Source: Octopus bimaculoides (taxonomy: Eukaryota). From it: DNA of 31,704 nucleotides. The number at the start of each line of letters is the position of its first letter. Position 1 is the stretch's first letter. Below, one piece after another: positions 21,667 through 31,704 of this stretch. The translations under genes and the position numbers were made by a program. The notes below the pieces were generated by a model. That model was not told the origin of the DNA. It did no database searches and saw nothing but the letters and a program-made list of their open reading frames with translations. The DNA lies in NCBI RefSeq assembly GCF_001194135.2, contig NC_068985.1, positions 18,010,847 through 18,042,550 of the forward strand, given 5' to 3'.

Positions 21667-23734
21667 ATGATTGAACGCCACGCATCAATACACAAGAGAA
21701 TTGCGTTGCAATTAGACAATTGCCTACAGAGCGGTACAGTTCCGGAGTGGATAGTAGAGGGAAGAACAACATTGTTAATGAAAGATCGGTCAAGGGGCAA
21801 TGAGGTTGGCAATTACCGACCCATTGTTTGTCTTAAACTCCTATGGAAAGCATTAACAGGTATACTTGCAGGGAAAATACATACGTTCCTTGCGGAAAAC
21901 AATCTTCTGCTAGTAGAACAAAAGGGATGCCGAAAAGGATCCAAGGGCACCAAGGACCATCTTGTGATAGGCAAGGTTATAAGGAAGAACTGTAAACGGT
22001 ACCAAAAAAAAAAAAAAAACTTATGCATGGCCTGGATAGACTTCAAAAAGGCTTACGACATGTTGCTGCATTCGTGAATTTTGGAAACACTCGACATGTG
22101 TAGAATAGCTGAGAACGTGTATGCACTGATTAAGAACAGCATGCCTAGTTGGAAAACGCGTCTTTTCTATAACAACCGCCACTTAGCCGAGGTAACAATC
22201 AAAAGAGGTATCTTCAAAGGAGACTCTTGTTCACCTCTGTTATTTGTTATAGTCTTGATCCCACTTTCTGTAGTCCTTCGTAAAATCAACGTGCACTATG
22301 AGCTGAGAAAGAACGGACCTCGTCTCAACCACCTTCTCTTCATGGATGATTTAAAACTTCGCAAAAGCAGAACCTGAAATGGAGAGGCTGATTGAGACAG
22401 TGCAAATGTGCAGCAAGGATACAGGTATAGAATTCGGTATCTCGAAGTGTGTGGTGCTTACTTTGAAGCGAAGGAAAAGAGTAAATTGTAGGGGCATAGA
22501 ATTGCCAAACGAAGCGAAAATGGAAGATCTGGATGATGATGGGCACAAGTACCTTGGGATCCTGGAGTTGGACAATATCTTGCACAGAGAAATGAAAGAC
22601 AAGATCACCACTGCATATTTCAAGCACCTCAAACTTCTCTTGAAATCGAAGCTCAACTCAAGGAACCTTGTGACTGCCATCGACTTATGGGCTGTTGCTG
22701 TAGTCCACTATAGTGCACCCATCCTGAGATGGACACAAGCGGAGATTGACCAACTCGATCGCACTACTCGAAGACAATGACAATGCATAGTGCCCTCCAC
22801 CCTACAGTATGCTGCTACTGCAGGAGTTAACAAAAATGGACTTGCGAGTCCTCATGAATTCCGAACAAGAACAGCTAACGAGAGAGAAGAAACCCTACCC
22901 CGTATAGAATTACATGGTCAGTTCCACCGTGAAACCAACAAATTAAAAGACCAGGAAGCATCATGGAGGTGGCTCAACAAGGGTGACCTAAAAAAGAATA
23001 CTGAAAGCCTAATCATCGCAGCCCAGGACCAGGCATTGGATATCAACTCAGTGAAAAGGAATGTATACCATACAAGTGCATCGAACAACTGCAGAATGTG
23101 TGGGAAGAGGGTCGAAAGTGTGACTCACATTGTTAGTGCTTGTGAAAGTCTTGCGCAGAATGAGTACAAGCATAGACACGACAAAGTAGCTCAAAGCCTC
23201 CACTGGCTACTATACCGTAAGTATGGATATGAGGCTACGGGTGCTTGGTCCCAACATACACCGGAAAAGGTAATGGATGAAACGGGGAAGGCAAAAATAC
23301 TCTGGGACTTTGATTTCCAGACAGACAAAGTGTTAGAGCACCGAAGATAGTAACCTTTAGGAGGGACAGACAAGAGGGCCTAATAATACATGTAGCAGTG
23401 CCAGGAGATGAAAGAAAGAGAAAAAGTTGATAAATATGGAGACCTGAGAATTGAGATCGCTAAGATGATGCAGCTACGAGAGTCGAACATAAAGGTTATC
23501 CCTATTGTCATCGGAGAATTGGGTTCAATACCACCCAATCTGAAAAAAAAAACATCTGAAAACCTTAGAAATACTCCACAATCTAGATGCATTACAAAAG
23601 TCGGCATTACTTGGAACTGTACGCATATTGCGTAAAGTACTGTCTGTCTGAGGTTCTAATTGTGACTTGACAAACAATACAAACCCCGGTAGACACAATC
23701 AACAACCTCACGATATTGTATACTGTGCGACGTC

Positions 23735-23736
<2 letters not shown>
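21667..23736 (+). mobile_element. R4/Dong-clade LINE (RT plus restriction-like endonuclease), 5'-truncated and decayed
   Basis: NYRPIVCL, EQKGCRKG, WIDFKKAYD, RGIFKGDSCSPLLF, HLLFMDDLKL, KYLGI, LHGQFH, AAQDQAL, CRMCG...HIVSAC...RHDKVA, KILWDF...TD, KYGDL and PIVIG; ends in (TAA)n. Confidence 0.92.

Positions 23737-23799
<63 letters not shown>
23737..23799 (+). repeat. (TAA)n tail or target between two Dong-like fragments
   Basis: Direct reading. Confidence 0.95.
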
Positions 23800-23801
<2 letters not shown>

Positions 23802-23809
23802 GAAAAAAA

Positions 23810-24486
23810 TTAGAAAACAATTTTATCGAAAAGTTATTACGGTGCTCAGACTTAAACTGAATGTTGCTGATAAATATGAAGCCCTCAACACACTGACAAT
23901 ACCAGCTGTAACTTAGAATTTCAGCATCATCAAATGAACAGTGAACGGTCTGAAGAAACTAGACGCCAAAAACACGGAAAATGCTATCAATGGAGAAAAT
24001 ACACCATCCAAAAGTAGATACTGATAAACTGTATCTTTCAAGGTGTATCTTTCGAGGTGACCGAGGCCTTATCCAGACAGAACTAACATGCGAACCTATC
24101 ACCATAGAGGTTGGATAAGTACCTTGAGGCAACAAGAGGTCCTCTCCTACAAATAACCAAAGACCACGATGGACGGAAAAACACATACTCCATAACAAAC
24201 AAAAAAAAGGCTAAAAAGCACAACGAACTGGAGACTCCAGAATTACCACCAAAGGCTAAAAAAGCACAAAAACCAAGAACAAAAAAGCCCCACTAAATGC
24301 AAAATGGAAGATAAGAACAATGCGCGGAAAATACGCATAAAGAGTGAAGGACGTTGGCGTCGACCAACACAGGACATACAAATGGCTCAGAACAGCTGAT
24401 CTTCAACCAGAAACTGGCCTCATCATTGCTGCATAAGGCCAGGTCCTTGCAATAAAGTCCCGCCAACATAGAATAATAAAAGGAAT
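23810..24486 (+). mobile_element. Second R4/Dong-clade LINE fragment (different subfamily)
   Basis: EALNTL, IHHPKVDTDKLYL, RGLIQTEL, MRGKYA and WLRTADLQPET...IIAA* are post-RT motifs. Confidence 0.8.
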
Positions 24487-24698
24487 CTTTTCTACTCTAG
24501 GCACAAGGCCTGAAATTTTGCGGGAAGGGGCCAGTCGATTAGATCGATCAAGTACGCAACTGGTACTTAATCTATAGACCCCGAAAGGATGAAAGGCAAA
24601 GTCGAACTCGGTGGAATTTGAACTCAGAACGTAAAGACAGACGAAATACCGCTAAGCATTTTGCCTGGCGGGTTAACCTTTCTGTCAGCTCGCCGCCT
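24487..24698 (-). mobile_element. SINE group A, full length, with target-site duplication
   Basis: Flanked by TAGAATAATAAAAGGAAT (24469-24486) and TAGAATAATAAAAAAGGAAT (24699-24718). Confidence 0.93.
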
Positions 24699-25189
24699 TA
24701 GAATAATAAAAAAGGAATGACACCATTTTTTAATTATCATTATTCTGTTTTTATCAATTCGAACAACAAAACAATAGTTTTAAATTAAAAATGAAAGAAA
24801 ATTGTTTCAAAGAACAGCAAACTTAAAATTTATTCAATTGTTGAAAATAAACTTCAGGATATAAAGACTTAGATTTCTGATTTTATCTCAGCTTTGGGAG
24901 ATTAAGTTTTGCGCGGTTTCCGCGGTTTCCGTTCTTTCATGTCACCCATCCTTAAGTACTTCAATGACATTAATGCCGTTGCACTCGAAACATGAGGACT
25001 CTGTGAATTCTATTCTAGGAAATCCCACCTAACTACAGATACTCTGCGTATTAAAGTAACAGCCCTCACCCATTTGTCCTCCGCTAATCTACAGGCGCAT
25101 GCCCAGAGCAGGCCCGTTTCCTAGGACCCTGCGCGCCCCTCTCATCTACCTTTCAACAAATTTGCTGGAAAGCAGCACTTCTATCTATA

Positions 25190-25860
25190 CCCTTGTTTTC
25201 CTTTGAAGTGAAACAAGAAAAAGCTGATGAGGACTTTGTCAACGAGGAAGGCGTCTGCTTTCAACTCTTTCGATATCATACACCACACCACTCTTTTGGC
25301 AAAGTCACCAGACAGATAAAGACTACTTATACTTCCTGGCCAAAGAAAGGTAGCAATATATTCTTGAGAAGGAAATTAACTGGTTGTGGGATCCGCCCTA
25401 CACCTAACAGTAGGTATTCGATATAACTCAATAACACTGGCACTGGACGAGTGAGTATAAAAAGTTTTGTTGCTCTGCGCACATCTCGGAGCCAGAGCAC
25501 GGCACTTCCATGTTTGTAGAGGACGGCACTTCCACGTTTGTAGGTTCGTTTCGAACCATCGAGACGCTCTGGAACATCGCCAGGCTAAGGATTTCGGGAA
25601 ATTATACATGGGCCTCGGCCTGAAAATCCTCCGCAACAGACCAGCCAGTTGATCCTCATCAACGTCCAGAGTCTCTGCGATAACGTCGTCCCTCTTGCGT
25701 GCCACAAAACCTCTATAGAACGCCAAAGTAAAACTTACACCGACCACATTGCTCGATTGGCAGAGAGCCGGAAGTATCTGACAGCACTCTAAATACTGCG
25801 TGCCTTGCATCGGTCTATGCTTGATCTAAGAGTGCAGCTCAGTCAAAGAGATGGGCTGCA
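25190..25860 (+). mobile_element. Decayed Rex1/L2-like LINE RT remnant
   Basis: SAFNSFDIIHHTTLLAK, ISGNYTW and HQRPESLR*RR...QNLYR resemble SAFNTI, ISxDLTW and HQRLYFLR...NFYR; includes a ~24-bp tandem duplication near 25500-25545. Confidence 0.5.
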
Positions 25861-26274
25861 ATAAAAACAAAAAAAAAAACAAATGTGTTTGACACACAGC
25901 GACTGCACCAGCTCACCTTCAGGGAAACACCGGAGGTATCGCTGACTCAGTGTATGTGTGGCATCGTCAGCTACGCCATGCCTAGTCAACCATTCAGCGA
26001 GTGTTGACTGTATCACTCCTTGAGGTTCTGTGATTAGTACTTAACGACAGGCCGAGGTGAGATGACCAGTAATCACGTAAAACCACAGGTTTTACATCAG
26101 AGTTCCCCTCTTCTAGAAGAAGACTATGAAAGTAGCTAGGGTTCCCTCACTCCTAGTGGTTTTACTGCATGCCTTGATACCAACCAAGGGTATTTCTGCG
26201 TACACGCGCTCAGATGGGATGTCATCACATATGCTAATTAACCTATGCATATTTTATGTATTTATCTCCGAATA

Positions 26275-26420
26275 TACGTTCTGAGTTCAAATACCACTGA
26301 TATCCACTTTACCTTTTATCTTTTAGGAGTCGATAAAAAGGTACCAATTGAGCATTAGGGTTAATTTATTAGACTAGCCCCTCCTCTAAAGTTTCTAAAT
26401 TCGTACCAAAATTTGAAACC
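26275..26420 (+). mobile_element. SINE group A, 3' part, diverged
   Basis: TTCTGAGTTCAAATACC...GTCGATAAAAAGGTACCA...CCAAAATTTGAAACC. Confidence 0.75.
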
Positions 26421-26600
<180 letters not shown>

Positions 26601-26902
26601 GTGTGTGTATGCATATCAGCACGTGTACATACACACACACACACACACACTAGTCTTCTGCTCAGTTTTCATATATCAAGATCTGCTCGCTCACAAGGCT
26701 GTTTACTGTAGACATATGTCTAAAATATCGAATAGTCGGTTCGAAACCACAACAATAGGGCTGGAAAGTGGATTTCTTAATCACAACAAATTTCTTTTCC
26801 AAACCATTTTTACTAAAATCCAAAAACTTTAAAGAAACCCAAGCGCGACTGTACTAAGGGAGATGACTCTTATATTTAAATGCCGAGTAGTCTCCCATGC
26901 TT

Positions 26903-27140
26903 ATCTTTTACTTGTTCCGGTCATTAGACTGTGGCTAAGCTACGTCACTGCCTTGGGGATTTTAGCCGAACGAACCGACCCCAATATGTATTCTATTGTC
27001 TTTTGCTAAACTGCTAACTTACGGGGACGTAAACAACCCAAAACCGGTGATGGGAGACAAGCACAAATACGTGCACAGATACATATGATATAACACACAC
27101 AAACGCGCACACACACACGCACACACACGTTTGTGTGTGT
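26903..27140 (-). mobile_element. SINE group B, 3' part (more diverged pieces at about 26600-26740)
   Basis: TATCTTTTACTTG...CATTAGACTGTGG...CTAACTTACGGGGACGTAAAC. Confidence 0.75.
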
Positions 27141-27154
27141 GTGTGCGTGTGTGT

Positions 27155-27350
27155 AAGCGGGGTGCTGAAAAGTTCCTGGATTTGGATAAAAGAAAATACA
27201 GGAGGATCAGTTCATTATGATTTTATTCAACATGTTCCCCCTTTCAGATTCACACACTCATTGCAGTAGTTCTTCAGTTTTTCTTAGCTCTGTAAAAGAA
27301 CTCGGAAGACTGGGCCTCCAACCAGACGCTTTCGCAACACCATTAAAACC
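27155..27350 (+). mobile_element. Mariner-type MITE, right end lost
   Basis: Colinear with 30592-30807. Confidence 0.8.
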
Positions 27351-28465
27351 ACTCACAAGGCTTTGGTCAGTTTTTCTTCTTTTTTTTTTCTCTCTTTTTC
27401 ATTGATTTTTAGATAATTTTAGAANNNNNNNNNNNNNNNNNNNNNNNNNNNNNNNNNNNNNNNNNNNNNNNNNNNNNNNNNNNNNNNNNNNNNNNNNNNN
27501 NNNNNNNNNNNNNNNNNNNNNNNNNNNNNNNNNNNNNNNNNNNNNNNNNNNNNNNNNNNNNNNNNNNNNNNNNNNNNNNNNNNNNNNNNNNNNNNNNNNN
27601 NNNNNNNNNNNNNNNNNNNNNNNNNNNNNNNNNNNNNNNNNNNNNNNNNNNNNNNNNNNNNNNNNNNNNNNNNNNNNNNNNNNNNNNNNNNNNNNNNNNN
27701 NNNNNNNNNNNNNNNNNNNNNNNNNNNNNNNNNNNNNNNNNNNNNNNNNNNNNNNNNNNNNNNNNNNNNNNNNNNNNNNNNNNNNNNNNNNNNNNNNNNN
27801 NNNNNNNNNNNNNNNNNNNNNNNNNNNNNNNNNNNNNNNNNNNNNNNNNNNNNNNNNNNNNNNNNNNNNNNNNNNNNNNNNNNNNNNNNNNNNNNNNNNN
27901 NNNNNNNNNNNNNNNNNNNNNNNNNNNNNNNNNNNNNNNNNNNNNNNNNNNNNNNNNNNNNNNNNNNNNNNNNNNNNNNNNNNNNNNNNNNNNNNNNNNN
28001 NNNNNNNNNNNNNNNNNNNNNNNNNNNNNNNNNNNNNNNNNNNNNNNNNNNNNNNNNNNNNNNNNNNNNNNNNNNNNNNNNNNNNNNNNNNNNNNNNNNN
28101 NNNNNNNNNNNNNNNNNNNNNNNNNNNNNNNNNNNNNNNNNNNNNNNNNNNNNNNNNNNNNNNNNNNNNNNNNNNNNNNNNNNNNNNNNNNNNNNNNNNN
28201 NNNNNNNNNNNNNNNNNNNNNNNNNNNNNNNNNNNNNNNNNNNNNNNNNNNNNNNNNNNNNNNNNNNNNNNNNNNNNNNNNNNNNNNNNNNNNNNNNNNN
28301 NNNNNNNNNNNNNNNNNNNNNNNNNNNNNNNNNNNNNNNNNNNNNNNNNNNNNNNNNNNNNNNNACTCTTTACATTCTGAGATCAAACATCGCCGAAGTC
28401 ATCACTCCCCAATCGCTTGCCCTGAGTCAAAACTTGAAACCTTTATTATCTTCCCTTTTTCACAA

Positions 28466-28630
28466 GGCGGCGAGCTGGCAGAGTCGTTAGCACGCTGGAC
28501 GAAATGCTTAGTGGTATTTCGCCCGTTGCTTCGTTCTGAGTTCAAATTCTGCCGAGGTCGACATTGCCTTTCATCCTTCCGGAGTCGATAAATTAAGAAC
28601 CGGGGCCTTGTGCTTATAATAGAAAGGATT
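28466..28630 (+). mobile_element. SINE group A, internally deleted
   Basis: Head and core, jumping to the GGCCTTGTGC...AGAAAGGATT tail. Confidence 0.88.
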
Positions 28631-28659
28631 ATCTTTACTTTTAATATCTGAGAAACACA

Positions 28660-28872
28660 GGCGAGCTGGCAGAAACGTTAGCACGCCGGGCGAAATGCTC
28701 AGCGGTATTTCGTCTGTCGTTGCGTTCTGAGTTCAAATTCCGCCGAAGTCGACTTTGCTCTTTATCCTTTCGAGGTCGATAAATTAAGTACCAATTGCGT
28801 ACTGGGTGTCGATCTAATCAATTGGCCCCTTTCCCAAAAATTTTGGACCTTGTGCCTAGAGTAGAAAAGAAT
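28660..28872 (+). mobile_element. SINE group A, full length, in tandem with the previous copy
   Basis: Head, core and CCTTGTGCCTAGAGTAGAAAAGAAT tail. Confidence 0.92.
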
Positions 28873-29250
28873 ATCTGAGAAATATATGGGCAGTTCTTTT
28901 CTTAAAGGAAGAATCTGGTATATCTTGGATAACATACATAAAAAAATGTTCAGTTAACAAATAACGTGTTTACACATCCCAGTATTGCTGTTTTCTGGAA
29001 TGCATCTATGTTTATCTTTATAGCTGAACAGTCAATGAAATTGTTGCATTTCATTCCAATTGTATCAGTTACAAAAGAGATGATGATGAAATTAACTTAG
29101 TGTTTTTAACTCAACAACTAAGTCGATGTGATTCCTTATCTTCTTCTGTCCACATCTGCATAACATTATAGTCATTTCTATGTAGATAATTAGTACACTG
29201 TAATCATTTTCATCGTAGAAAATTATGTAAAGATCATTATGTAGTTTGAA

Positions 29251-29590
29251 GGTGCATGGCTCAGTGGTTAGAGCATCGGGCTCACAATCATGAGGTAGTG
29301 AGTTTGATACCTGGACAGGGCTGTGTGTTGTGTTCCTGAGCAAGATTTTATTTCATGCTATTTCAATTCACTCATCTGTAGAAATGAGTTGTGACGTCAC
29401 TGGTGCCAGGCTGTATCGGCTTTTGCCTTTTCCTTGGATAACATCGGTGGCGTGGGGAGGGGAGGTTGGTACACATGGGCGACTGCTGGTCTTCCATAAA
29501 AAAAAAAAAACAATCTTGCCCGGATTTGCTTTGGAGAGTAACATTCTAGGTGCAATCCCAAGGTCATTCAGGACCGAAGGGGTTCTTTAT
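29251..29590 (+). mobile_element. tRNA-derived CORE-like SINE (group D) with a LINE-like tail
   Basis: TGGCTCAGTGG box A, GAGTTTGATACC box B-like motif, CTGAGCAAGA...TCTGTAGAAATGAG core-like motif. Confidence 0.75.
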
Positions 29591-29654
29591 TATGTGATAT
29601 CTGGAGTAGTCTGTTTCTCCGCAAAAATTCTACACCTATATTCGCATTGTCTAA

Positions 29655-29863
29655 GGCTGCGAGCTGGCAGAATCGTTAGCGCACCGGGCAAAATCTGTAG
29701 CGGCATTTCATCCGTTTTTACGTTCTGAGTTCATATTACGCCGAGGACGACTTTTCCTTTCATCCTTTCAGGGTCAATAAATTAAATACCAGTTGCGCAC
29801 TGGGTCGATGTCATAGACTTATCTCTCCCCTAAAAATTGCTGGCTTTGTGCTAAAATCTGAAA
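29655..29863 (+). mobile_element. SINE group A, full length
   Basis: Head, core and GCTGGCTTTGTGCTAAAATCTGAAA tail. Confidence 0.9.
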
Positions 29864-29874
29864 TCATTATTAAA

Positions 29875-30170
29875 AACAACTGGATGGAATTTAAAAGAAA
29901 GTTATTTGACTGCTCGATAAGCACGCTACCTGATTCGTTTGCTACATTTCTAAAATCTATAAACTGCAGCCAAATTCTCTCTAACCATATCCATCTTTTT
30001 AAAAAATGAAAGGCAGATTGTTTAATGTAGCCCTTCAAATATACAAAAATAAGCGAGATGATCATGGCTGAAATACTTTTGATGACGGATTTGCTCAATC
30101 AGATCTGACTCGGTTCTAAACAACACTAAGAAATCTTGGACAGGCTCTTCTTGCAGACTTATTTTCCGTC
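29875..30170 (-). mobile_element. hAT (Charlie/Buster-like) transposase fragment
   Basis: LQEEPVQDFL...SDLIEQ...HLAYFCIFEGLH*TICLSF resembles the ELREEI.FL...LAYL.DIF..LN.LNLSLQG pattern. Confidence 0.5.
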
Positions 30171-30540
30171 TCGTATATATATATATATATATATATATAA
30201 AAACAAATAGTAAATGAGTATATGCATATATACGTACAGGTATGTGCATACCGACATCCACCTGTATGTATAGGTGCATATCTGGGTACAGGACATTGCA
30301 AACAAAACAGAGACGAGAAAGCACACAAGCCACATAGAGAACATTCTATTTCATCAGCTACCTCCGTTTTAACACCGGCGTTTTACTTGAATTTAGCGTT
30401 AAGATATTTAGTGTCAACGCACAAAAGTTTTGGTAGCAACGCGCCTTTAAGTGGTCTAAGCGTTCACAAGCATCACTTTGGGCCAACAGAATAAAGCAAC
30501 CACAACGGTATACAAACCGACCGTTATATCTATCGTGGAA
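30170..30540 (-). mobile_element. Second, diverged copy of the permuted-hammerhead repeat
   Basis: See 21145-21430; shared CTGATGAA block and 3' GTCCTGTACCCAGATATGCA, followed by (TA)n. Confidence 0.65.
30340..30445 (-). ncRNA. Degenerate non-circularly ordered hammerhead-like motif
   Basis: Minus strand GCG-T-T-G-CTACC ... ATTCAAGT-AAAA-CGC ... GGTAG-CTGATGA-AATAGAAT. Stems CTACC/GGTAG, GCGT/ACGC and ATTC/GAAT. G12 is lost and there is one extra nt near the cleavage site. Confidence 0.45.
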
Positions 30541-30591
30541 ACACTTTCACAGATGGTAAATTAAAACGGAGTGGCAAAATTAAGTAGAGTA

Positions 30592-30807
30592 CGAGTGGGT
30601 GCCGAAAAGTTTCTGGCTTTGGATAAAAGAAAATGCAGAAGGATCAGTTAATTATAACTTTATTCGACATATTCCCCTCTCAGATTCACACACTTATTAC
30701 CGCGGTCCTTCAGTTTTTCTAAGTTTAGTAAAAGAACTCGGAAGGTAGAGCCTCCAGTCAGGCCTTTCGCGATATTTTAAAGCCGGAAACTTTTCAGTAC
30801 CCACTCG
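30592..30807 (+). mobile_element. Complete mariner-type MITE (216 bp)
   Basis: 29-bp TIRs CGAGTGGGTGCCGAAAAGTTTCTGGCTTT and CGAGTGGGTACTGAAAAGTTTCCGGCTTT (3 mismatches); TA duplication at 30590-30591 and 30808-30809. Confidence 0.92.
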
Positions 30808-30904
30808 TATATCTATCTAAGAATATCTGGTAGTTATATTATTTAAAAAAATAGGGATTGATATTTAGTGAATATACGATCCAGTACCGACGGGTGTTTG
30901 ACCC

Positions 30905-31030
30905 GTGATCATATGATGGTGAGCTCAATTCCTGGACTGAATATTACGCTTTGTCCTTGAGCAAAGCATATCATTCTGTATTGCTCCTCTCCAGTCTACA
31001 CATCTACAATGAGTGCTAGTCAAATGCTGA
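30905..31030 (+). mobile_element. Degenerate CORE-like SINE
   Basis: GAGCTCAATTCC and GTCCTTGAGCAAAGCA...TCTACAATGAG. Confidence 0.5.
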
Positions 31031-31154
31031 GGTTGCAGTCAAATCGAACATCCTTCATTTAAAAGAGGCGTTGATTACTCTTCGAAACTCCATTTAATAG
31101 CAACAGATATATAGATATCGTGTTTTCTCCTCTCTCTCTCTCATTCTCACGCAC

Positions 31155-31320
31155 TTTTTTTTATCCTTTTGGGGCGATAAAATAAGTCCCAGGTGAGTAG
31201 CAGCNNNNNNNNNNGGGGGGGGGGGGGAGATGTAATCGACCAGTCCCCATTCCTGAAATTGCTGGCCTTGTGCCAGAATTTGAAACAGGCGTGGCTGTGT
31301 GGTAAGAAGCTAGCTTCCGG
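31155..31320 (+). mobile_element. SINE group A 3' half directly followed by a group B head
   Basis: ...GGCCTTGTGCCAGAATTTGAAAC then AGGCGTGGCTGTGTGGTAAGAAGCTAGCTTCC. Confidence 0.75.
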
Positions 31321-31615
31321 TGAACAGAGGTGGATGTGGGCCATCTGTGTTCCGTCCAATTAATGAAAGCAAAGAACATTTGAAGAACTCGCCAAGGGAA
31401 GTCGGTTTTGTTACTCAGCTGAGCAATAATTTGTTGTGTATTTTTTTCAGCAGGTTTTTGTTCAGCATTGCGACATTTTCGCTTGACTTTGGCGGGGTTT
31501 TTGTGTTTGTTCGTTTACGAACAAAATTGTATGTTCATTCTCTGTGGTAGGCGGGTTCGCTCCTGCCATAGAGTGAAAATTTTTGCTTGTTTTTTTAGCC
31601 AGGAAAACAAAAAAA

Positions 31616-31704
31616 TTTGTGAACGAATTGTGAAGTGAAAATATTTGTTAGCATTTTTTTTGCTGAAAAACTTTGTGAACGAATTGTGAAGTGAAAATAT
31701 TTGT
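31616..31704 (+). repeat. 56-bp period tandem repeat, cut by the window end
   Basis: TTTGTGAACGAATTGTGAAGTGAAAATATTTGT at 31616-31648 and 31672-31704. Confidence 0.85.

Noticed and set aside
25224-25260. CTGATGAGGACTTTGTC...GGCGTC looks like a hammerhead start
   Set aside because: No GAAA after the GAC/GTC hairpin and no adjacent stem I; it lies within a decayed LINE RT region.
25376-25810. 144-aa minus-strand ORF
   Set aside because: Antisense to the Rex1/L2-like remnant; no independent support.
31616-31704. Repeat-spacer-like pattern (CRISPR?)
   Set aside because: Only two units in eukaryotic repeat-rich DNA, with no cas genes; it is a tandem repeat.

Overview
AT-rich eukaryotic DNA from a gapped draft assembly, with N runs at about 1512-1649, 3602-3700, 6438-6741, 7958-8496, 27425-28363 and 31205-31214. 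The tRNA-derived SINE families and microsatellite load look cephalopod (Octopus-like); the species call is inference from recalled repeat families, not a search. Almost everything interpretable is decayed mobile DNA: more than 25 SINE copies or fragments in at least 3 groups, a Penelope-like (PLE) RT element, three R4/Dong-type restriction-like-endonuclease LINE fragments, RTE and Rex1/L2-like LINE remnants, a near-complete but rearranged hAT transposase fossil, a Charlie-type hAT fragment and mariner MITEs. No intact protein-coding gene is evident. The best host-gene candidate is a short terminal exon on the minus strand (935-850). The most interesting signal is RNA-level: five hammerhead-ribozyme-like motifs. 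Three are minimal type I motifs of the kind known from PLE terminal repeats (4645-4687 +, 8585-8621 -, 19446-19482 -). Two lie in diverged copies of one ~300-370 bp repeat (21245-21310 +, 30340-30445 -) and have their three core strands in a NON-circular order, with different sequences forming the same stems. All translations, alignments and pairings were done by eye, and most element boundaries are approximate.
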